The position numbers were made by a program, and so were the translations under genes. A stretch of DNA of 64,000 bases from Cyanophora paradoxa CCMP329 (Eukaryota > Plantae > Glaucophyta), in contig QPMI01000496.1 of assembly GCA_004431415.1 (NCBI GenBank), positions 310,001 through 374,000 on the forward strand. The letters are read 5' to 3'. Below, one piece after another: positions 48,201-60,273 of this stretch. The notes under the pieces are model-generated. The model had not been told where the DNA came from, did no database searches, and saw only the letters and a list, made by a program, of their open reading frames with translations. The stretch's first letter is position 1, and the number at the start of each line of letters is the position of its first letter.

Positions 48201-51200
48201 ACGCGCGGAAAACAGAGTTTGCGTACAACAACGTCTCACCGGAGCCTGAACCCCCGCTACTCGGCAACCCCCGCGTCCCGGTCGGCAAGAAGCTGAAACC
48301 GGGCGAGCATTTCAAGCTGCTCGGCGTCTATCTGACCGCGAACCTGTCGTGGAAGGAGCAGATCAGACAGATGGAAGCGCAGGCTCGCGAGACGGTGGCG
48401 GTCATAGCTCGTAAGCAGCTGACCGCGCAAGAGGCCTGCTACGTTGTCGAGGCCGTCGTGCAGGCGCGGATCGCCTACGGGCTCAAAGTGACGCCGCTCA
48501 CAGAGAAGCAGTGCGATCGCCTAGATGCCATCTGGATGCGCGTGGTTAAGCACCATGGGGGCCTGGCGGCATCGACTTCCAACTACGCGCTCTGGAGCCA
48601 CGGCACGTACAGCCTGCCGCGCACAGCGCACCTGATGGCCAAGAACCAAATCACGGATCTGCTCGTGCGGCTCTGTGGAGAACCGGAAGAGCTGCTATCC
48701 CAGGTGATGTTGCACCGCATCCGAGACCTCCAGCGAAAGCTAGGCGTCCCGCTGCTGCCGACCGAGTTCCTGAACGCCCAGTGTCACGCCAGCTTGCTCG
48801 ATCGAACGCAATCGCCGCAGTGATGCCGCTCCTGCAGCGCCGGCTCTACCGGATCCAGTCCAACCACGCCCGCTTCCTGTTTACGCCGTACCCCCCGCAG
48901 CCACTTGGCCCGACCCCGCGGAACTGCGCCGGGAATTCGTGCTTGCCTCACACATTCCCCGGGAAGTGTTCAGCACGGCCGCGCCCGCCCTCCACCGCGC
49001 ACGGCTCTACTGGATGTCCGACGTCACGGCGCGCGATGGGGAACGCCTCTGCACCTGGCGAGACCTGCACCTCCGCGCCCCTGCGGCACGCTCCTTGGGC
49101 AGCGCCCGCCTGGTGGAAGGCGGTGGCCAAGGCCTCACGATCGACGGGCGCGGTTCGGGCGCCCTCCGATACCCCATGCGGCAACCGCCCGGTACCCCTT
49201 CCTCGGCCATGGTACAGCTTCCGGGCGGGGCAAGGAAGTTAATTCACCAACCGGGAGACTTCGTCTGCTACTACGACCTCGCAACGATTCACGAGACGGA
49301 TGCGGTACCGGAAATCGGCCGGGTCCGCTCCGCCGAGGCTGAGGCCGGCAGCCTAGTAGCGACGGAGTGCCGGCTGGAGCACTGGGTCCCCGTCCCAGAA
49401 GAGGCCGACGACGAGGCCGACGGAGCCTACTGCCGCTGCGATGGCCACTGTCAGCTCGGACCCCGCGAAGGGCCGCCCGCCCCAGCTGCGCGCCGCTTTA
49501 ATATCGTACCGGGAGAGGGCCGCCGCCACTGGCACGACGACCACGTCTGCCCTCAAGGCGCCGGCGCGGCCTGCCGGGCGACGAGCACCTGCGATGACGA
49601 GGGCAAGTACGGGACGGCGGTGGGAGGATGGGTAGAGCACGCGTCCGCACTCTGCACGATCCCCGGCACGGTGGAGCTAGTAGAAGTGTCGGGCGCCCCG
49701 TGGAAGAATGCGAGGGGCAGGTACAGACGCGCTCGGGGCGCGCCAGTCGCCAGGTCCTGCGCCAAGCCCGTCTTGAATACTTCAAGCCCTCCAGGCAGGC
49801 GGCCGCGACCATCACTGCGCACCGATGGCGGATGCTGCTGCAGGCAAAGCAGGAGGGCGATGAGCGGGTCAACTGGCACCTCCTCTCCGAGCCCGACGCC
49901 GCTCACCTCGCCACGCTCGAGGCGAACCCGCCCGACTTGCCCCCCCTGCCGCAAGATGAAGCGCCCCCGGTCAGCTCCAACAAGGAGGCGCGCGAGCTAT
50001 ATTACTATCAGGCCGACCCGTACAGTTGGGTTGCATACCTGGAGACCTGGAAGGGCCTCGAAGCCCGCTACCGCAAAGAGCACCTGGAGGCCGAGGCGGC
50101 GCCTGGCGGCTCATACGTGGCCGACGCCCCAGCGTACGCCTGGACGGACGGGAGCCTGAAAGAGGGCCAGACGGTTAACGCTCGCGCGGGCTACGCAGTA
50201 CACTGGCCGGAAACGGACCTCAGAACTGGCGCAAGCCTGCACCCGCCGGGTATCCTCACGGACTTCTTTGCCCGGCTCCGGGGCCTGCAGGAGATCAACA
50301 AGGCGGAACTCCAGGCGGCGCTTATGGCTGACCTGCTCTCGCCTTTCGGAGCGGTTCTACACGTCGACAACATGAACGCGATCCGCTGGTACTCCGATTT
50401 CGTCCAGCACGCGAGCTGCCGCAGCCCGCGGGAATACATCCGGCACGCCTGCTCCGCGGAACTGTACGCATGGAGCAAGCTCAGGACAATGCTAGAGGAG
50501 CGCGGGCGGCCGCTCAAACTCGTCAAAGTCAAAGCGCACGCAAAGGGCGACGCCCGCGACCCCACAACGACGTCGCGGACGCCGGAGCGAACGTGGCGGC
50601 CGACCTGGAGCTGGCGGACGAACACCGGCATGAGCCTCTCTTTCTGCCGCCGGCCTTCAGCATGCCTGCGGTGCTCACCATCAGCGACCCCGACGGGCGC
50701 ACACGACGGGTGGAAGGGGACCCCAAGGCACACATGGACGCACTTCACGAACACCAGACGCACTTTGCCTGGACCCAACAACCGCTGGCTGGCGCGCTCC
50801 TGCGCCGAGGCGCCGACGGCGCAGACATAGCAGGGCTATATGCGGAAACGAGCGTAGGTTCCCGATTCCAAGGCGCCAATGGAGCCCGCAACGCGCTATT
50901 CAAGTTTCGGACGCAGCTGCTCTGTAGCTCGCTACCAGCGAACGAAGTCCGGGTACGTGACCAGAAGGAACTCTACGCCGCCTGCAACCCTGGGGACGCT
51001 GTGCGGGCTGCGCCACCAGAACGCCGCTCCCTCGTGCAGAGACTAGCGGCCCGACAGCCTCACAGAACAGCCAGACTGCAACAGAGGCCTCGCATGCTCA
51101 ACCAGCAGCGGGCGCCAGCCGCCCGATCCGGGCACCGACGGCTCTCACCGCAGGCCCGACTGAAACTTTCCCGCACGTCTTCCTGTGCCCGGGTCCGCAT

Positions 51201-51600
51201 GCGGTCGCGCACCGCGCGGAGACTGCTCGCGAACTGAACCGACTTCTGCTCTGCGCATACAGAGAGGCCCACGGCCTCACAGCGCCGCCAGCAGGAGCCC
51301 TCCTTGCTCCCGACCTGGTCCCAATCTTCCTCCGCGTCGCGGACGACGACACCGAGGCGCGCAGCTACGATGGTAGGCCGTACGCGTATCCGCGCCTCTG
51401 GGTGCTCCAGGGCCTTGCTCCGCAGAGTCTAGAAAGCGCCCTCACACGCTGCCTGAACCTTGCACCCCGGTACGCGGCACGCGCAGCTAAACGCGTTCGG
51501 CAAACGCTTCTGGAACGGGCCGACGCCTCTGGTCACGTCGCTGCGAAATCAACGCGGAGTGGGAACGCGACTGCCGCGTCTCCCAGGCCTCAAAGAAGCG
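45277..51600 (+). pseudogene. Retrotransposon ORF2: AP-endonuclease, reverse transcriptase, RNase H, C-terminal Cys/His motif; multiple frameshifts
   Basis: APE: VTFNVRG, ALQE, ILLGDWN, RIDAV, SDHFPV. RT: RPITL, QDIRRAYDSV, GLPQGGIESP, AYADDT, FKLLGV. RNase H: AWTDGS, INKAELQA, HVDN, KVKAH, NDVAD. ETFPHVFLCP near 51165. Confidence 0.9.
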
Positions 51601-53639
51601 ACCGCGCCCGCCCCGCACGGGCGCCCGCGCCCGAGAGCGGGCCCGCGGCCCCCGGACCTGTAAGGAAGTCTGCGCCGCCTGCGACGGGCCGATTCGCCTT
51701 CACAATCTACTCAACGCCGCTCGGAACGCAGACTGCCCACCGGAGTACGCGGGCTGGAAGGCGGCGCTCCGCGCCCAAGAGCTCTACGATTGCGTCAAGG
51801 TACGCCCTTGGGAGTCACATCCTAGCCCGCTCTAAACGGTACCCCGAGCCGCGCGAAAGGGGGGGGGGGGGGGGGGGGCTACGTCGGGAGGAGACTCTCG
51901 ACACCACCTACCTACTACTTCACCATACCTAGTCCTCGAGAAACTTACCTGATCTACTCTTAGCCTCGCACACACTAGATATAGCCGCCCCGACCGACTC
52001 GCTGGGCCCCGCCCAAGCGAGCGCCTGCCTTGCCTCCCTCTCCCGCTCTGCCCTCCCGCTCGCTCTCTTGGCCCTGCCTCCCATTCACGACCTCGCCCGC
52101 GCTCCTCGCGCCTCGACAGGGAGGGAACGATGGATCGGAAGGCTTGGCGGAAGGCTTCGGCTGGTCGTTGCACCCACCAGATACCCGGCCATCGTGCCAG
52201 GACCGTGGGTTGAAGGACCGCCGCGGAGGGGGCTCGCAATTGCCCGCGGCGGGGGTGCGGCGGCTGGTTCGAGGCTGGAAGCCCTGCTGACCGAGAAATC
52301 CGACCCTCCCCTCCCCGCCACGGCCGGCGCCGACCTTCTCCGTCCCGCCCCACTTCTTCCCGCAACGTCCCCCCTCGCCTCATTCCCCTCGCCCCTCTAC
52401 GCCGACGTGCTTCCACCCGCGCTTCGGGCGAGCGGCCCCCTCGACGCGGAGCCCGCCGCGCTAGCTGTAGTCGCGGCCGCGTCGAGAGTAGGCAGATTAG
52501 ACCGCGGGTCCGTCCTGGCTTTCCTACCGTACAGTAGAACAGCCCGCGAGCTCCGGACGTCCCGACGGTCCCTAGGCAGGCAGCACTAGCAGTAGTAGTG
52601 TTTTAATTTACCTCCCTCTCGTAGACCCTGGGTAGTCCTCTCGGTAGCCTAGTCCTAAGCTAGGCTAGATGTATAGGTAGTAGCTCTCTGCTCTGGGTTA
52701 GCTTTGCTTTAGTTTACGTCTCCTTGACTAGCTCCACCCTGTCCGATGGCTGATAGGTTCCCTACCCGGCGTAACCAGTAGGCTCATCTTTCGACTTGAC
52801 ACTTTACGGACTCCTCAGTTCTATCATTAGCCGTATTGTCTCGGTGTGTGCGAATTCACTAATGGGTTCGCAGGCTCGAGAGGCGCGGCGGGCCCAGGCG
52901 GCACTGGCATCACAGTGGCATGCATATATATGCGCAGAGTGCCAGAGTCCCCTGGCCCAGTGGGCCGCGGGGGCCGGCCCGGCCGGGCGGCCCGGGCGGG
53001 CCGGGCGGCCCGGGGCCCGGGCCCCGCGGCCGGGCCGGCGGGCCCCGGCCCCCGAGTCCCATTCGGTATTTTTCTAAAAGAGTCCTTTCGCGGAGCCAAA
53101 CTTTTTGTTTTTTGAAACGAGAATCGAATGGCTCCGGGATTAATTTCGAAAGAGTTACCCACGACTCAGTGACTTACCGTAGACGTCGACTGGTCCGTAC
53201 TACTCGTGAATCGTGATCCTTATATAATTAGCTCCTATGCATCATGGCATGCTATGTGTCTTGCGATCTCGATTGCATTGCTTTGTCGCCCAGGGGCCAG
53301 GACTCGCCCTTCCGTAGTCTCTCAAAAAATTAAACAAAAACACGCCCAATATTAACAATATTAATTGACATGTACATATGTACACGTGCACCTCGATCTG
53401 CCCTTTGGATATTTTTTGATACTCGCAAATATCACTGAGTCACTCATGCAATTCCATGATTATTCCATCTAGAGGGTTTGTATCAAGCTTTTGAGCTTTT
53501 GTATCAAGAGGGTTACTACCAACTTACTACCAGAACACTTAAGTAATGCGCGCACTTAATTAATGCGCCCCCGAATAAATGCGTTTTCCGGCAGCAAAAC
53601 GCATTAATTCGGGGGCGCATGCATTATGCATATGAATAT

Positions 53640-54087
53640 CACAGCGGAACGGCGTTGTATGGCGCCATATACGCTGAAGGAAAAAAGTCCTCTATGTAAA
53701 TCGTTAACTTAAATCGCGTGTTCGCGTTACTGCAAAACTGGGCGAACTCGACTTGAACAATTACGTACCCCCCTTTTGGACTTGGTCGCGGCGCCGCGCG
53801 GCGCAACGAGCTCGCTCATTCTACAAAATCCAGCGCCACCATACAAAACTACGGTAGAGCAGCTGATTGGTAGGCCAATGGCGCGCCGGCGCGCGATTCG
53901 GTCTGGCCGTTTTCGATTTGCTCTGGAGCGAAGTTCGAACGACTTTTTTCCCAACGGCACCCGACTTCACCCCCCCGGTTAATTTTTCAAGTTGAATATG
54001 TTTCAAATATATATTAAGCTCTAATAGACTTGACTTGAAAAATTAAACTTGAGCGTATAGGGCGCCATACAACGCCGTTCCGCTGTG
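53640..54087. mobile_element. MITE with CAC...GTG ends, ~36-bp TIR, 3-bp TSD (TAT); CMC/EnSpm-like
   Basis: TAT|CACAGCGGAACGGCGTTGTATGGCGCC...GGCGCCATACAACGCCGTTCCGCTGTG|TAT. Confidence 0.85.
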
Positions 54088-54613
54088 TATTGAAGCGCTA
54101 AGAAAACTACGTACGGTCTGTACCCCCCCATACGAAGCCAAAAGGCCTCAAAAGTTAGAGTCAAAACGCATTAATTTGGTGCCGCATTAGAGTCAAAGCC
54201 GCTCAGGCGGCTCAGCGGCTGAGTCGTCTAGATCTATGGCGACTCATTGGCGAGTCATTGGCGACTCGATCATTGGAATCAAGTCGTCTGAATCAAGACG
54301 CTGGAGGACTAGTACTAACGTAATTTTCACCAGGATTTTCGGGTTTTGGCGAAATAAAGTGCTGGCGGATATCCGTAATTTCGTATGTTTACAGTACCGT
54401 AGCAGGAAAATAATTAGTACTTTGCCAAACTAGTTTATTTAGTACAGGAAAATAATTAGTACTTTGCCAAATCTGCCACTTTAGCAGCTGGTAAATCTTT
54501 AGTAGGTCGGTCTTCGCAGGGCTTTTGTTTGGCGGAGAGAGGACGACCCCTACAAATTCTCGGCTTTAGCAGGTGAGAAATATTTAGTAGATCGCCCAAA
54601 AACTTTTAGTACT

Positions 54614-57539
54614 TTTTTTTTCAGGATAGCCCAATTCTTGGGCGATGATGTTATTTTCAGTTAGCTAACTTCATCGTATGCACTACCGGTTCGGACTGGG
54701 CCGAACTCTGGGTCAGCTCATAACCTGTGGCCGCTACACAGGGATAGGCGCTTCGACGCTAGCTCGGAGCGTTCAGAGTGGCCTTGGGGGAGAACTTGGG
54801 CGGGGTGTCCTTCTTGGGCTCGCGTTGGCGATACGTAGTCGGTAGGGGGGGTGGGGGGGGGTGGGTGGGGTGGGGGGTAGTACATGCCTAGGGCGTTTGC
54901 ACATCCCCCTATCTTTTGGGCGTGAGGGGCGCGGGGCGGGTGTCCCGGGGAGCCGGGATGGGGCGGGGTACGTGGGGGAGGGGTGGGCGCAGGCTAGGTG
55001 GGGGCCCAGCTGGGCCGGGGCGAGGGTACGGGGCGAGTGATCGGGGATGGTGAGCACTCGCCTGGCATTGCTTCACTGAGCATACATGACAGCTGTGATT
55101 CTCGCCCGTGGGGGCAGCTAGGCCTTAAGGCCGCTCAGGTAAGAAGAAAAAAGAAAGAGAGAAAGAAAGGGGTGGCCGGGGGCCCCAGCTCTAGGGGGGA
55201 CCTAGAGAGTCTGCGCCGCTGCGTTGTCCGCCGCCGCGGCGCGGCGGCCGGCGAGGTAGGTCTCTACGGCGGCGGGGCCGCCGATGGCCGCTGTGAGCTC
55301 GGCGAGGAGCTTCTGGGTGGCCTGGTAGTTGGCGAGCGTGATGTTGGCCGGGGCGGGGCCGGAGGCGGGGGCCGGGCCCGGGGCGGGCGCGGGGGCGGCG
55401 ATCGGCGCGGGGCGACGGCGGCGGCTGCCGCGGCAGCGGCAGCGGTGGGGTGGGGCGCGGGGGCAGCCGGGGCGGCGGGGGCGGTGGCGCCGCCTTTGCT
55501 CTTCTTGCGCGCGTCGGGCCCGAAGCGCTCGGTCGCGCGCTTGCGGGACTGGGCGGCGATCTCCGCCGCGATCTTGGCTGCCTCCTCGTTGGTCTTGCCC
55601 TCGTTGAGGGCGCTGAGGCGGTTGAGCCGGCGGGCCGTGGTGGAGTGGCCTGGGCGGTACGAGGCGCGGCCGCCCACCCCGTTGGGGTAGTGGATATCGA
55701 TGCGGTGCTCCGTGACGACCTTCGCGCTGGTCTCGGAGGCCGCCAGGGCCAGCGAGTCGGGGTAGAGCGACATGCCTTGCCGATCCGCATGCGCATGACG
55801 GATAACAGCTTAACTTGCATCTGCCAGACATTGTCCGAGCCGCAGCGGTCCTGCATAAAGCCCGTCTGCACTGAGCTGATCGTGTGCTGGCACGCGGGTG
55901 CAATGCGCTTGGCTAGGACCGCCCCGAATAGGCGGCGGTCGATTTGCAGGAGGGTGATCGGGCGCCAGTTCTGTATCTGATCGCGGTCGCCCTTCTTATA
56001 GAGCAGTTGGAGCAGGCCCGTGCGCTGGCGCTCGGAGAGGGTGCCCAGGGCCCGTGCGCAGTTATAACTCTCCGTGACTATCGGGCCGAGGATGTCCCAG
56101 AACGTTAGATAGAATTTAACGGTGATGCCGTCCTCGCCCGGCGCCGTTGACTTATTCATGACTTTAAGGCATGTCTCGACTTCGCCGACCGTATAGGGGG
56201 CGCGCATCGGGGGACACAAGTGCGGGGGCGCTGTGTCAGTGCAGCGGGAGAGGAGCTCCGCCTCATCGTGGGAGAGGGGGTCCTCAGGCGTAAGGAGGTA
56301 GGCCGCGCAGAGCTTGGCCACCACCTCCGGGAAGGCCTCGGCGGCTTCCGGGGTCACGTCCACCGGGCCCGAGGGCCCTGTGTTCGTTCTCGGGCGAGCG
56401 TCGTCCGGCTCAGACCCCGATTCATGCGAGCGAGCGCCGTCTGGCTCAGACCCCGCGGTGGTAGCTGGGCGAGCGTTTGATTGCTCATGCGCCCGGGTAT
56501 GCGTAGGGGTCGTCGGCTTGCATGCCGGCCGGCGGCTTGCATGCCGGCGCCAGCGGTGCCAGCAGAGGCGGCGTCGCAGCGGGGCGGGGGAGCGGGGCTC
56601 GGGGCTCTGTCCACCGCCGCGTCTTGGGGCGCTTGCTCCGCGTCCCGCCGGAGGCCTGCGAGCGTCGTGCACGTGTCACAGAGAGCCAAGTGAGCGGGGG
56701 GATGCGGCCCCGTGGTTCTTGAGTGTCGTGCTGGCGCGGGCGGCCCCGTGCACGGGCCGCCGGCGCCGGCGTGCTCTGCGGCAGTACGGGGCCGGCGTCA
56801 GAGTTCATAGGGGAGGGGCGCGGGCGGTGGGCGTGAGCGACGGGCGCGGGGAGGGTCCGCAGGATCCCCCGTGGTGCTTGGATGTCGTGCTGGCTCTGAC
56901 GGCCCTGCGCGCGCGCCGCCGGCGCCGGCGTACTCTGTGGCGGTGCGAGGCAGGCGTCAGAGCGCATACTGGAAGGGCGCGAGCGAAAGGCGTGAGCGAG
57001 GGCGCGGGGGGGGTTCTGCTACGACGGAGTCCGGTGCGTTGGCGGAGCCGCGTGTCCGACTGTACGGAGTTGAGTCGGGTCGTGCGTCGTGCGCTGTGGG
57101 CCGGGCGTGGGCTCAGGCGGGCCGCGCATGCGCGGAGGGCATGCGTTGGCGGGAAGGCGGGCGGAGCGAGGACGGGAGCTTAAGCGAGCACATATTGGCT
57201 CTAGATGTTGTGTGGCGGCTCTCGGGCGCGCTCGGAGCGGCAGGGGAGGGCGGCGGGAACCGGCCCATTCAAACACGTTACCGCGGGAGCCGGCGACGGT
57301 CGCGGCGCTGCTAGGGGCGCAGCTGCTCTTCTAGGTGTCTGCGGTGTCGCCGCGGCTGTCGGTGCCCGCCCGGCTGACCTACTTTGCGCGTTCGGGCTGT
57401 GCTGGACTACGGAGCGTCGGCCGCGCGAGTTTTGGGACCAGCCACGTGCAGTGCTAACAGGCACCCGCGTTGGGGAAGCCCCACTGCGCCGGCTTACTCG
57501 CTCGCGGGCCTTCGCTCAATTTTCCGGGGTACCGGAATC
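54614..57539 (-). mobile_element. Internally deleted L1/Tx1-like LINE with poly(A) tail and 13-bp TSD
   Basis: AACTTTTAGTACT at 54601-54613 and 57540-57552; T-run at 54613-54621; RT N-part APGEDG...LLYKKGDR...NWRPITLL...QTGF (~55790-56300) ends abruptly. Confidence 0.85.
56709..57000. repeat. Two diverged ~158-bp tandem copies inside the deleted LINE
   Basis: CCCCGTGGT...TGTCGTGCTGGC...GCCGCCGGCGCCGGCGT...GGCGTCAGAG...GGCGTGAGCGA at ~56709 and ~56867. Confidence 0.75.
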
Positions 57540-57936
57540 AACTTTTAGTACTATAAATATGCAGCCCACTAAATATTTCTAGTTCTACGTGTACAGTAGT
57601 ACGAATATCCGCCGCGAACCGTTTTGAACCGCCGGCACGTTACCAAAACCCGGCCGGAAATCCTGGGGAAAATTAATCCGCCAGCGTCTTAAGCTTGCAA
57701 ATTGATTTCGCCGCGGCGCCGCCTCGCGATCGAGGCTCGAGCTCGCGACTTTGCCATAGAAGGATCAGCCGCCGGTACCCCTCTCTCCATGCCATGATGC
57801 AAAGGCTTAATTCGCCGGCGTCGACCGTTGGACGTCAAATATATATATTCGCCAGCGCGAGGGTCTGGCGAATATTGTCGAAATTAAACGCTGGCGGATA
57901 CTCGTACGTTTACAGACAAATTACTAAGTTACAGTA

Positions 57937-58613
57937 CTGTAAGCTTAAGGCGGGGTATTTAGTTAGACGTTTGCCCACCCACCACGATAGACGTGGACAA
58001 ATTTTAAAGTTAGACGAGCTGCTAGCTGGGCCGGTTTTCAAAGTTTCGCTGTCGCGTAGCTTCCGTAATTTGGCGGAGTAGATATTGAAAAAGTCACTCG
58101 GCCTTTGGAGTGTAAGAGTCGTCGACGTCGACTCGACGATCGCCTAAGCTACGTCAACGGGACCCTTAGCTCCATGAGAATCCTGTAGCCGGGCAGGGCA
58201 TCGAAGGTGATTGGAGGCGCCGTACGTATACCGCCGGTAGCCCGCTAGCGCCCGCCCCCCTCGCCTCGGCGACGTGCCGTAGCGCTCGTCGACGAGGCTT
58301 AGATCCGAAGGCGGGACACTAATTGCTCAAATAGTGTCCCGCGCTAGCTACGAAATTATTTCGGCTAGCTTACGAATTAACATTTCCTTAATGAAGTTTT
58401 AACGTAAGCCTAAGCGTAAGCCGGACGCGGAGCCCGTCATCATACAAAGTCGCGACAGCGAAAACCCCCCCTGGTCGCTCCATACAAGCGTTACTATGTT
58501 ATACCGAGTTAGACGGGGATTAAGTTAGACGAGTGGGTTATCTCGTCTATCCGCGCCTAACTTTATACCCGTCTAACATATATAAGTTTGGCTCTCAGTA
58601 GTAAGTTTTACAG
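57937..58613. mobile_element. TA-flanked MITE-like element
   Basis: TA|CTGTAAGCTTA...TAAGTTTTACAG|TA; internal AGTTAGACG repeats. Confidence 0.55.
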
Positions 58614-58855
58614 TACAGTAAGTTTGGCTCTCAGTAGAAAAAAACGATTTACTCAGGAGAAAAAATCGACTCACTCAGGGCGTACGTTTTTCGGACGGAT
58701 GGGGCCGCTCACTGAGTCAACGGGTGGGGCCGCCGGGCCGCACTGGGGCGGCACTGGCCGGGGCCGGGGGCCGAGGGCCCGCGAGATCGACTCCGCCCGG
58801 CGGCCGCCGACTCGAGTCCCGTCACGGCGTGATCATCCGATCTTCCGTACTACTA

Positions 58856-59099
58856 CCGTAAGTTCGCGCATAATATTAGTTCGGTACCAAATTAGTGCGT
58901 TTTTTGCCGTAAAAACGCACTAATTTGAGACCGCACTAATTACAGGACGCTAAGAAAATGCTGTAGGGGTACAGCGTGTACCCCCCGCCCCATACACTGG
59001 AAACGAATAAACGCACTAATTTGAGACCGAACTAATTACTATGGTCGGGGTCCGGGTCTTAAAACGAACTAATATCGTGCGAATTATTGTGTTTTACGG
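58856..59099. mobile_element. Tc1/pogo-type MITE (TA TSD)
   Basis: TA|CCGTAA...TTACGG|TA; internal AAACGCACTAATTTGAGACCG repeats; related to the element around 53540-54190. Confidence 0.7.
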
Positions 59100-59209
59100 T
59101 ACTAGCTATAGGCTACTAGACTACTACTAGCCTATATAGCTAGTACTACGGTAGCCTACTTACTACTTAGTACTAGTTAGTAGTAGCCTACTCAGGCTAT
59201 ACTAGTATA

Positions 59210-59450
59210 CTGTAAAACGAGAAATGTCCGGCGTCACTTTATTTCGGCAAAATCTGAAAAATGCGCCGAAATTGTGGTTCGCCAGCATCATATTTTCGGC
59301 AATACAGCCAGTCCGCTTAGGGGGCGGGTACATTGATCCCTCTTCTGCCATACATCTGCACAATTCTAGCAGTTTCAAATATTCGGCGCCGTAAGCCTAT
59401 GCCGAATAGCGCCGAATATTAAGCGCCGCCGGAGATTTCACGTTTTACAG
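59210..59450. mobile_element. Tc1/mariner-type MITE (TA TSD)
   Basis: TA|CTGTAAAACGAGAAATGTCCGGCG...CGCCGGAGATTTCACGTTTTACAG|TA. Confidence 0.75.
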
Positions 59451-60273
59451 TATATAGTGTCACCTGGACTGGCTGTCACAGTGCACGTGTCACAGTGTAC
59501 AGCATGCGCACTGCGGCAGCGAGTAACTTATATTAGTAGTAACCGTAACGTATAACACTCAAACTTGAAACTTGAAACACAGTACTACGGTACTAACAGT
59601 CTAACACTGACTCGGACGGAGTCGGAGTCTGTCGGACCGTCGGACGGGGCCGCCGGTGCATGTACAGTGATGTACTAGTGTATGCCGTCACTTTGCCGTG
59701 TGACGTGCACGTGCCGCCGCCCGCGGCCGGGCGCCGCGCGCGCGCGCCGCGGGCGGGCCGGCAATGCCCGGCATGCGCGCGGCGCGCGCATGCCATGATG
59801 CTTACTAAGTTAGTGCACGGTTAGTGCGCATGCGCAGTGCGCATGCCGCATGCGCCGCCGGCCCGCCGCTATCATAGTATGTACATGTGCGCGTATACGT
59901 ACCAGTACCGTGGCGCACGTACGTTGTGCTGACCGTCGGACGTCGACTCGGACTCCGGGATTGTACCGTACTACGGTAGTACCGTGCATGCGCATATCAT
60001 AGTATGTACACGAGCCTCGGAGCTGTCACCATGCCGCAGTGCACGCACTCCGAGGCTCATGATCAGTGCGGCAGCGCGCGCGCATGCGCATGACCAGCTG
60101 CAGCTGCAGGCTGCAGCCTTAAGCTTAGTACTAGTAAGCTATGAAAGTTAGACCAGCGCGGGCAGCGCCGCCTCGCTAGTCCGGTGACCTATATTCGCAT
60201 TGGCGCCAGCTAAAGGCTACAGCTGCAGCTTCTATAGCTAGCCCTTGCAATTGGCGGCAGCTGCACGCGCAGT

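Larger units (their letters stand above)
41363..52867 (+). mobile_element. Long non-LTR retrotransposon (ORF1 + APE-RT-RNase H), frameshifted
   Basis: Bracketed by an identical 58-bp repeat (41305-41362 / 52868-52925); coding motifs listed under ORF1 and ORF2. Confidence 0.9.

Noticed and set aside
41305-52925. LTR or DIRS retrotransposon
   Set aside because: The repeat is only 58 bp without TG..CA ends; the element encodes an AP-endonuclease and no integrase, protease or tyrosine recombinase.
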